From assembly GCF_006345805.1 (NCBI RefSeq), contig NC_042998.1, positions 91,016,001 to 91,080,000 of the forward strand: DNA of 64,000 bases, given 5' to 3'. Positions 53,305 through 64,000 of this stretch are shown piece by piece; position 1 is the first letter of the stretch; each line of letters begins with the position of its first letter. The notes beneath the pieces were generated by a model, which was given only the letters and a program-made list of their open reading frames with translations, made no database searches and was not told where the DNA came from. The stretch comes from Octopus sinensis (taxonomy: Eukaryota). A program made the translations under genes and the position numbers.

Positions 53305-53510
53305 AAATTTTGGCACAAGGCCAACCAGTTTGGGGAAGGGGCAAGTCGATTACATCGCCCCAGTGTTCAACTGGTACTTATTTTATCGACCCTGAAAGGA
53401 TGACAGGCAAAGTCGACCTCAGCGTAATTTGAGCACAGAATGTTAGGACGGACGAAATGCTGCAAAGTATTTTGCTCAGCGTGCTAGCGATTCTGCTAGC
53501 TCACTGCCTT
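53305..53510 (-). mobile_element. SINE family A, older copy
   Basis: Reverse-complement core aaggatgacaggcaaagtcgacctc. Confidence 0.75.
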
Positions 53511-54330
53511 ATGTACAGATAATATTATTTTCTTTCCGTTATGCACAAAATCCATAATTTAATGGGGATGCTGTGACTTTCCTACTTTTATACAAATATA
53601 ACAGTGGTTTAGATGAAGTGGAATGGTGTTTGTACAGGAACAGAAAACTGGTTGTTGAATCGAGTCACACCATATGACTGTGAAGAATACTAGTTTCTAA
53701 GCTTGATACGAAACAATACATTCAAGGAGTGGAATATGTTGATTTAATCAACTACAGAGATATAAAGGACAGAACTCTATTCTGGTGGTATTTGAACTCA
53801 AAACGTGATCAGACATACTTAAATGTCAAAAGGATTATGTCCGACGTTCTATTGATTCTACTGCCCATTAAATTCTAACTTTCTGAAAGTTCTTTAAGAG
53901 ATTAAAACGTAGAACAACTCATATTAGAACAACTCATATCTTAAAAAAAAAGAATGCATATTACGTAGTTCTGGTTATTTCGTTTCGCACCAGCATCACT
54001 CGAGCAGGCCTGTTATAAAAAGGGGTTCTAGATGTGACCATCACGTCTTTTTGTATATTTACCATTACATTATTTTTGTTGACTCATAGAGTTCATGTTG
54101 TTTCTATGCATGTTATCAAAATATTTAGAAAAGTTAAAGCAATGATGTCTACATATATTTTCATAGAATGAAGGTAATTTCAGCGCTTGCTTATTAGTTT
54201 TAAGAAATCTTAGACAAAATTTCGTTTATCGCATCATTTACATTATGGAAACTGTATCTATTTCTGTAAAAATACTTTAATCAGATGAGCTTGTGTGTTT
54301 TATCTGTATCAGTTCCCTAACTTCACCTTG

Positions 54331-54536
54331 TTACGTTAATATTGTATAGTTCCATACAGAATTCACATTTATTGGAGAGAGGAAATGAGATCGTATGACA
54401 TCTATGTAAGCCTTTTTGGAGGTGATTCGTGATATAAGTGATATTACAACTGGAAATTGAAACCGGATGGCGAATAAGGATAGCCAAGAGCTCACTTCGT
54501 GGCACGTGCCATAAAGTTCTAAATATTGGTTTCTTC
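54331..54536 (-). CDS. Candidate exon (two overlapping open frames; product unknown)
   Basis: Acceptor ccttgcag| after a pyrimidine tract; ORFs 54323..54604 and 54331..54648 are both open; no motif recognised. Confidence 0.25.
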
Positions 54537-55162
54537 CTGCAAGGCCTGGGTGCATGATGATCAAGGAATTCAAGGACAGAAAAGTTGAAGTGAAGTTGTA
54601 ACATTGATGCTTTTTTTCAAGTACCTTGCTGGGGTTAGGTAAATGCAAAACCTCAAACTGAAACTCAAAATCAATCCAGGTCAGCGGTCCAGGATCACTA
54701 ACACGATAAACTTAGAAGTCCGTCATGTAATAATGTAGTTCTATACAAACTTTGGCATTAGGGTACACTTTGTAGAGGAAGTGTATAATCAATAGATTCT
54801 ATTTTAATGTATTACTGATATATAGTTGTATCGCTCCAAAATCAAAGAAAAACAAATGGCATCCACGATACTCGAACTCAGAACATACAAGGACAAAACG
54901 AAAACCTGTATGTAATTTAATACACAAATGCTAATAATATCTATGAGGGCGAAAGGATAACAGAATTGTTAGTCCGCCGGGGAAAGTGCTTGGCGGCATT
55001 TCGTCTATCTTTACGTTCTGGGTTCAAATTCTTCCAAAGTAGCCTTTGCCTTTCTTTCTCTCAGGGTCACTGTGATCGACTTACCCACTCCACCGTAATT
55101 TGATGGCCTTGTGCCAAAAATTTGAAGCCGATATCTATGAGGGCGAGAACAGTGACTGTGAC

Positions 55163-55320
55163 TAGTAGCGTAGCTAGGTAGAGGAGACCAGGGGGAGGTC
55201 CGCCTCGAGTGATGCTTATATGGGTTTGCTATATAAGATTGTAAAGGCTTGGGTGGTCGGAGAGTGGGTCAGCAAACTTAAGGACTGCTCCGGGCGGCAC
55301 TCATTCTGGTTACACCACTG
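55163..55320. mobile_element. hAT MITE with 8-bp TSD
   Basis: TIRs tagtagcgtagctag / ctggttacaccactg; TSD actgtgac at 55155-62 and 55321-28. Confidence 0.85.
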
Positions 55321-56326
55321 ACTGTGACAGTAGAAAATTGGGCTGTAGGCTGTATGATTTAATACTTCAGTACGTTACTTGTCACATCCTGCCAGTATCT
55401 AATTATCTAACACCACCGGGCTGGGTAACATAATACCAGTCATGTACTGAGATCGATTATTTTTCCCTTCCTAATAAAACCGTCCTGCTTTATCACCAGA
55501 AATCAATATCCTAATAGAGATTTACTTTTTATCTCTTCGTCATCACCATCATCATCATCATCATATCATCATCATCATCATTATCAAAGGTGGCAACTGC
55601 GCAGAAGCTTAGCTGTGTGAGTTGTTGGTCTTGTAATGTTGGGTATCGATTATACGAGAGCATGAATTATGTCTTATGTGTTGTTTTATTGGATAATGAT
55701 TGATTGTATGTGGTGTTATATTGTTTGGTGATGCTGACTGTGTAGAGTATGTGTAGTGCAAGTATTGTATTATATTATTTAGTAATGATGGCTGTGTTGA
55801 GTCTATAATGAGTAACGTTTGTACAGAATATGTGTTGTGCGTTTTGTATTGTTTTATCAGATGTTGGTTGTGTTGCGTATGTATTGTGCGTGTCTATTAG
55901 GTATTGATTGTATAGAATGTGTTTTGATATATTGTATAGAATATGTGTTGTATGTGTTGTCTAGTGTTATTTTATTGAATAATGATTGCATAAGATACAT
56001 GTTGCTTGTACAAAGTTTACTGTTTGAGTTGTGCTACTCTCTTGCAGGGATGTGGGCTGTGTCAGGGTTATCTATTGCAGTGTGTGAAACGTCTGACTCT
56101 GACATGATTTTGATGTTTTATTCATTTTAAAATTCAAGCCTAGTACTCCAGCGATTAGCACAGTCATGTTCGAATCAGTTAGCAGATATCAGTATGCATC
56201 AGCAAGTAATTTGTTTGATGAAGTTGTAAAAAGGAACGACAAACTATTAGATTCATTAGTTAGGGTCACCTTTGGCTGACGAAACACAATTATATCGAAA
56301 CACCGGATGCCCCAAAGTCTCCTTAC

Positions 56327-56377
56327 GCAAATGAATCGAGTGTGATATGAACACACATTTGTCGGAAAGAAGCTGTT
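56327..56377 (-). CDS. Candidate 51-nt exon
   Basis: Acceptor ttttgtcattgcag|, donor |gtaagg; frame ambiguous (EQLLSDKCVFISHSIHL or NSFFPTNVCSYHTRFIC). Confidence 0.22.
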
Positions 56378-57169
56378 CTGCAATGACAAAACTGAACAAT
56401 GGTTAGCATATTCAAGTTGAATCTACTGGGACATATTAAGAATGAGTATGCTAGTTATCATTATTGTTTTTTACTTTCATGCCCCACATCCTGCTTATTT
56501 AAAATTTAAAATCCATATACTTTGACAGTTTCGATGCCTTTACCAAGGCAATGCTTTATTCGTGGTGTCTGACAGAATACATATATTTTTGTTCCAGTGC
56601 TTGACAATTATATCTGGACTGTTTACTTTGATCTCTTATCAGGCCTGATAGGCATGTCCCATATGCTTACGTTCAGATCATTGTCATGTGCCGTGTTTGG
56701 TACACGCTTACATCACACCCGTTTTCACATCGAAGTATTGTCGCTATTTATTCGATCATTTCTGTCAATATATTCCAACTTGGCAAGGACGTGGTAGTCA
56801 GAAGTGATGCAATGCCTCGTTGTATTGATTACATCGTCTGCATATTTTCCCGATTTTTATGCTTTTATTTTTGTAATTATTCGTGGCTTGGCATCAGCCT
56901 TGTGCTGCTTAAAGCAAATTTTGTTTCTGCTTTTAGCCCGCAGCTTTTGAAATATCGACTTTCGCCCTGGCTAACATCTCTTTTGTTGAGTCTTGCAGGT
57001 TACCATTTTTATCTTGGGAATATTGTGAAACTGCCTTTTGATTATTTTGACTTTTTCATAATTTCTGTTGCTTTTTCCAATTCCTCTTTTTTTCCCAGTT
57101 TGTATTTTACTGTTCATTGTTTCCATTTTTGTAAAAATATTTGTCTGGATTATCATGTGAATAGAGGAC

Positions 57170-57180
57170 TTCTTCTTCTT

Positions 57181-57269
<89 letters not shown>

Positions 57270-57300
57270 ACTACTACTGCTGCTGCTGCTGCCGCTGCTT
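57170..57300. repeat. (CTA)n/(CTG)n trinucleotide tract
   Basis: Direct reading; source of the poly-Leu ORF. Confidence 0.95.
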
Positions 57301-59936
57301 GTTGAAATATACGGACGTCTTTGAAATAGTTAGATTTTACTGGATTTACTTAATGAAGGAAAATAATTTTTATGTCGTATTATTTTGTACAGAAGAGTCT
57401 TCAGAACCTTTGGAGGTCTACAGCATTATATAAAGTAGAGAAAAGTATCTGTCTTATAGATATTTATATTATTTTTTCTAAAAATGCTAATTACTAATAA
57501 TTTAACCTGACTTCTTCCCAGGGAGTGCTGATAACAAACGAAATAGCATTGATTATGCCCCCACCCCACCCCACCCCAAATGTTTTTGAAAACAATAATA
57601 CTGAGTGTAAAAAACAAAGACAAAGAGAAAAAAGAAAAGTAAAGAAAATAGATATATCTGAACATGCAGCACATTTTAACGAATGAAAATTTAATGATAA
57701 ATCTAATAGCTCTTAAGAACAATAGTAATAAACTTGTTAGCTAATCAGAGGGAGGTGATTGATATAGATCAACTCTCGGAAAAGGCAAGAACATGGCAGA
57801 AGTACGTTACATAAGTCTGTACATTCTTGCTCGAGGAATACCTCCAGGGAAAGGCAAGGAGAAAAGTGACATACTTCCGTTTCTTTCAAAAGTAGAGGAG
57901 TGTTTCCATATGTCCTCGAAGGTTCAACTGAAAGAAAACCTGGCTGATGCATGGAAAAACGTGGTTTCCAAACATCAGGGCAGGGCATAAGGGAACATGT
58001 GCTTGATCACTGACAACGATGTGCAAGAGTCACAACCAGGGACATTAGCAAATACTTTTGTTTTTCCATCCCCTTTGCAGTACAATACACGCAGGTGGGT
58101 ATCGCAGAGATGATAGGGAAGGAAAGGTGATCAGGTGGTTCTGTATCGGTGTGTAAACCTTGAATATTCCGGAAGACAACGAAGCTATTTCGAGCTGCTC
58201 TAGATTGTCAGCGGGAAAGGAAACCAATGACATAAGCAGTTCAGAGCAGAAAGGGCAGTTTTTGTACATGTGGGACAAAGAACTACTTGGAAAACAAAGA
58301 ACTACTTGGAAGTTAGAAAACAGAGACAGAAACCAAAAACGGCAGGTACTGGTGGAGGCAACAACGACAACAACAAGCATCAGAAATTAGAAACTGTTGC
58401 TTCCAAAATACCACTGGTCGAAGCTTCGACAATAGAAAAAAATACCTACAAACCGAGAATTCCAAGAGCTGGCGACCACAAGTTATAGTCTGAAAGAGGC
58501 ATAGCGGTTAGTGCAGAATCCGAGGGGAATAGAATATAATTGCCGAGAAGTGAGACAAGTTTGTTGAGTGCCTGAGTGGATGTGGAGTGAGACCAATTAA
58601 TTCCAAAGAATAGAGGCCACATGATTAGCAGTAGAAAAAATCATGAGAAGACACAGCACGGCTATGGGTAAGAGGCTAGAGTGTGTTGGTAAGAAACTTT
58701 GTCATTCAGTTGGCTGTTCTCGTTGTGTGTATGGGGAAGATCTAGGATGTCTGGATGAGTAGCAAGCAGCATTGAATCAGCTGCAGGAACAGTACTTCAT
58801 TGTGCTATACACATGAATAACAAAAAAAAACTTTATTAAAACATTCTGACACTATTTACCCAACTATGTACTGCTGTTGCCTGCAATGTGCCCATGTCTC
58901 TCCTTCAATATAACCTGTCTATTTCTTTACAGAGATGATTGTCCCGGTTGCAAATGTAATGACGTCATATTTCTTAGCTGCTATAACGTCAAGACGTTAA
59001 TTACATAATCAATTCTATGTGTGGCATAAGGCCAGCAGTATTTAGAAGAGGGGGAAAATGGATTGCATCGACTCCAGTACTTGGCTGGTACTTTCTTTTA
59101 CCAACCCCGAGAGGACGACTGGCAAATTTAACCTTGGCGGAATGGAACTCAGATCGTAAAACGCCGCAAGAAATTCTGCTAAGAAATACCATACGCTAAC
59201 GATTCTGTCATCTCGCTACTCTCGATAATTCCATGAATAATAATATAAGCTGTCGTTCGTATTGTTATATTGAGGGATTATATCAAATAAATCCTTAGAG
59301 ATAACTTGGAAATGTCTTCACAATAATAGATGTGTATCGTTCGAGTTGTACTAATTTTAAACGGGACAATAGACGTATTTCTTTCACTGTCTTTGACTCA
59401 ACACCTAAGTTAATGTAATTCCTTGACTTTTCAGCTCACTTCTCTACAGCATTATGATCATTTAGAATTTCTATGTTAAATATTAACACTCAGAATTCTG
59501 AATTAGATTCAGATCAGGTTTGACCGACTCCTTCAATATGCAGTCGGTCATGTAACATGCATAAAAACAACACAAAGCAACTTGAATTTAATATATAGAC
59601 ATCAGAAATTACATTCGTAAAGTAATAGGAAACGTCCATTACTCTAGAAATGCAGACTTTAAAAATAAAAACAGTATTACGAAGCACAATAATATAAATA
59701 CACACACGCGCGCGCACGCACGCGCACGCACGCACACATATGCCTTGTTTGAATGTGAAGCTATATAGAAGTAATTTAACATTGAACTGAACGACCACTC
59801 AGTACTTTTTAATAGAATACATCTTAATCTTTACAAGAAAGGTTGACATTGACTTCGAAGTCTTAGCAGGCCATTATCAGTATGACTGTTTGTTGAAACT
59901 TCGAAATTACTGTTAAACTTTTCCTTGCAAAAATTA

Positions 59937-59969
<33 letters not shown>

Positions 59970-60284
59970 CATACATACATACATACATACATACATACAT
60001 ACATACATGATGGCTGCCCCCTCGCTATCGAGTATGGCCATTTCACGAAGCTTAACTGTTATTAGTGTTGTGATCGAATGTGACTTTTATTTGCTTTTTA
60101 AGGCTACAGCCAGCCATTCAGTTGAGACTCACAGCACCATCAACAATCATAAACAATGTTGTTATCGTGCAATGCCTGTGCAAGAAGATTTTTTTAAAGT
60201 GAGGAAAGGCTGTGCACTGAGTCAATCCCACTCACTAAGCAACAGCAGCCATAATCCGAAAAGAAGAACAAGTCAACATCATCG

Positions 60285-60675
60285 GTAACCACTGAGCCGC
60301 AGGTTTTATGTCGGAGTTATCCCAGTTACCTGAGTTACCTTCTCCTAGAAGGATGCCCTAACAAAGGCTAGGAGTCCTTCACTCCCAATGGTTTAACCGC
60401 GCGATCGGGTATTCAGTCCGATTATTTCTGTCCCCGTGCATGATACAGCCTTAAGCCGTAAGAGAAAAAAAATACACATTTATCGGATGGCCGTTGACTC
60501 TCAAGAGTTCCTCCGCCCTTTGACGGGTTTTGTTTTTCATCCCGCAGGGTGTCCAATAATCACCCTCCTCACCAAGCAAGCTTGATGGGGTTGCCAGTTT
60601 AGTCGCCGACGGCCCGACCTTGCAACAGGTTGTACTGGGTTACATGTTACCAGTAGCACTCGAAAGTGACCTGAC
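60285..60675 (-). mobile_element. Probable RTE-type LINE 5'UTR-like or SINE-like fragment flanked by (TACA)n
   Basis: GC-richer block with aggtcgggccgtcggcgactaaaactggcaacccc on the minus strand; assignment from recall only. Confidence 0.4.
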
Positions 60676-61539
60676 ATACATACATACATACATACATACA
60701 TAATACATACATACATACATACATACATACATACATACAACTCGCACAGACATACATACCTTGTCAAGCTTACTTACAATAACTTCCCCCGACAACACTT
60801 TCATAGTAACCCCAGCCACTTCTGTGACTTTACGGAAACACACACACACACACACACATGCACGCACGCACATAAATCGATAATTTTACTTGGGACACCA
60901 ACCAATTATCATTCGAACACAGTTACACATCATTGTAAAAAAGCAAAGCCACTTTTTTTGCAAATTTTAAAAGAGCCTAATGGAACTATTTCCATAAAAA
61001 GATAGATTCAAGGTTTTTCATAATCTCACAACATCAACTAACGTTGATGCTATTCTGCATGCATACATCAAAATAATTACAAAATCATCGAAGAAAACAC
61101 ATCCTATATTTTAACATTTGAATAAACCAACGCTTACTGGGAGAATCTATAATTATTAAAGGGATGAATGAAACCGCAGAAAGTTCGATAATCTCGCACG
61201 TTGTTCGGCGTTGATTTTGATTTTCGTCTTAATCAATTACATGAAGAACAAATAATATTCAGGATTAGATGCTCGAGCAAGTCGGTAGAGCATCCGTCAG
61301 TTGTACCGTTTTATGCTTATAGCTCATTATAAATAAATACTATAGACGTAGGACGGGCTTACCGTTGTGTTTTCCTTAGTTCTAAGTTTAAGTCTCCCTG
61401 TATCCCGGTTAAGGGAGCTCACTAGAGTTATATATATCTATATATTCTTCATTACGCATCATGTAGATGCTTCATTTACGGAGAGTCAGTCTATAATAAT
61501 TCGTCTTACACAAAAGTTGGAGAGGCGTGTCGTTCTTAC

Positions 61540-62029
61540 TCAAAAGAATGTTAACAATTAGAGATAATCAAATAATGATTGCAAAGACATCTTTTCTGGA
61601 ATTTCCAACCAACCCAAAACATTCATTGATATCTCAATCAAAATCCAATCAATTGCTGCACACTGTCACTGGTGTCGCATAGGTTTTCAATCTTGCTGGC
61701 GTGGTTCTGGTGAACGTTGAGCTCGTTGTAAATAATTTTGCTGGTGATGCGTCACTGTTGGATGACTTCGGTGAGCCACTAAAAATCAATGATGTCGAAG
61801 TGGTGTCCTTTTGCGACATCTCTGATTTTCTATCATTGTACAATCTTAAATGTATAGCGTTTGTGTATAGCATTTTTGGCATAGTATGAGTATACAACAT
61901 TGTCGGTGTGGTATTAGTGTACAACCTCTTAGGTGTTGCATTAGTTTCAATTAATGAATTACCAGTGTACAACATTGTGGCATATGTATCAGTAGAAAAC
62001 GTTATTACTGAACAGTTTTTCACGTATAT
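61540..62029 (-). pseudogene. Thr-rich mucin-like exon with 9-aa repeats and a downstream TM-like segment interrupted by in-frame UGA codons
   Basis: Acceptor ttttgcag|; repeats ATPKRLYTN / TTPTMLYTH / TMPKMLYTN; after UGAs the frame reads DINECFGL..DVFAIII*LSLIVNILL followed by |gtaaga. Confidence 0.4.
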
Positions 62030-62255
62030 CTGCAAAACTTACAATGACGTCAATTACTACTTATGACTATTGGTGTGTATAAAGTCAATGATTATTGTAT
62101 GCGAATTTCTTACGTCATCACTTCATGTGAATTAATGGGTCTGATAATGAAATGATCAAATAAATTGCGGTCACTTAGAAAGTCTGATGATATGGGCACA
62201 GAGTTTTATTATAAATATGATAATTTTTTATATTAATTTTCTTCTTGCCTTATCT

Positions 62256-62625
<370 letters not shown>

Positions 62626-62825
62626 GACACCACCAAAAGTTATTGCAGCATACTGGAAATTACCAGTATTTCCATGGGTTTAAGCGGCTATGGGATACCT
62701 CTTCTTGTGACAGAATGCTAATCTATTACAGAATTTATATCTTTCTAATGAAAGGTTTTACTCGAAAGATTAAGCTTCAAATACTTCTCCTTTACTAGGG
62801 AGCCACTTTGGATATTTTATAAAAT

Positions 62826-63313
62826 ACTAGCAGTATCGCCCGGCGTAGCTCGGATTTGTAAGGGAAATAACTATATAAGCATTTTTAGTGAGTTATAGCA
62901 AAAAAATGCATTAAAAATGGAATAAAAAATTATGGTAATTTTGGTGTCTTCAAGCCATGAAGTCGTTGTTCTAAAAGAACGCTGGTCTCCTTGACAACGC
63001 TTTACGACGTTGAATTCTTTACACTCCCCTCCCCACAGCTTCACGAGGGTGCAGGTGTGACCATGGACACCAACTCCGCCGCCATCGACACACGAAAAAT
63101 TATGCATTAAAATGGAATAAAAAATGATGTTAAATTATTTTTAAAATCGTAGACTCATCGTAGACGCGCGCTAATACTCAGACGGGCTTGATATGAATCA
63201 CGACTATAAGATACTCGAATTTGGTTAAACTGCACCGCAAAATGTGGGAGTAGTTAGGAATCTAAATCGAAGGGGACAGACACTCACACAACTACAGTTT
63301 TATATATATAGAT
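62826..63313 (+). mobile_element. Non-autonomous Helitron/Helentron-like element (Lep1/DINE-like layout)
   Basis: 5' actagcagtatcgcccggcgtagctcgg hairpin; internal repeat atgcattaaaa(a)tggaataaaaaa twice; 3' acagacactcacac...ttttatatatatagat. Confidence 0.65.
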
Positions 63314-64000
63314 ATAATAAAATATCTGACAATTACAAAGTGACAATGAAACTTTGTCTCTTTGGATGATCTGCCTTATCTACGACTGAGTGCTTCAACT
63401 CGTATAACACAAGACAATGAAGAACCTTTACATGACCTTTACATGTTAGGAATAGCATCTAAATCTACCTGAAATCACTACTGTTTCAACACATTGGATA
63501 ATATAGATCTTGAAACGATACACATCTGAAAAATAGACGAGATGATCACAGCTGGATTGCTTTTAATTACATGCTTGTTCGAAAAGGATTAGCTTGAGGG
63601 AAAACAGCAACAATAGTTTAGCATAAAAAGAAACTCTGATGTTACTCCCTGAGGAGATGGTAAAATAAATGATAAAAGACAATGATTTGTTTACTATAAG
63701 CTGATATATTTTAGACCACAACTATTCATTTCTATTGAATCTGCATGTGATTGGAAATGGGAAGGTCTAAAAGTAGAATTCTGAAATTAGCAGGCACATC
63801 AAAAAAAAACCTTAATTCAGAAGAAGCTATTGAAACATTCATTAATTGTTCATTGCTTTTGTCACTTACAATAATGACTTATTTGAAGCTATGTAGATTG
63901 AGCCACAAGAATTCAATGTTGTGATGATGAACTCAACACAACGCCAGCGTCAGGATTCGAACCACTGTTTATTTAACCCCGAGAGTGGCATCCTACCAAT

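Noticed and set aside
57737-58720. Decayed non-LTR retrotransposon or gene fragment
   Set aside because: Composition looks formerly coding, but no diagnostic RT, endonuclease or zinc-knuckle motif could be read with confidence.

Overview
Repeat-dominated, AT-rich metazoan DNA. It is most likely an Octopus (cephalopod) intronic or intergenic region, inferred from the SINE families and extreme microsatellite density. No intact host gene can be named; a few weak minus-strand exon candidates exist. Recognisable content: Penelope-like retroelement (PLE) RT/GIY-YIG remnants, a full-length Tc1 relic, mariner relics, hAT MITEs, a Helitron-like element, a LINE RT remnant, three tRNA-derived SINE families, a degenerate (CCCTAA)n tract and many microsatellites. 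Most long ORFs in the track are microsatellite artefacts. Main finding: a ~397-bp tandem array (25153-27219, ~5.2 units) and a diverged ~404-bp relative (8436-8998) carry a type I hammerhead ribozyme in every complete unit (stem I-CUGAAGA-stem II-GAAAC-UGCA-GUH-stem I'), with compensatory changes between the two families. This is the architecture of non-LTR retrozymes (self-cleaving, circRNA-forming retroelements). Both families end at the same unit position, ~174 nt past the cleavage site, against (TA)n. The window also holds (TA)n-flanked Neptune-like PLEs whose 3' ends carry minimal hammerheads, making them plausible mobilising partners. All coordinates and alignments were read by eye; no database search or folding was run.
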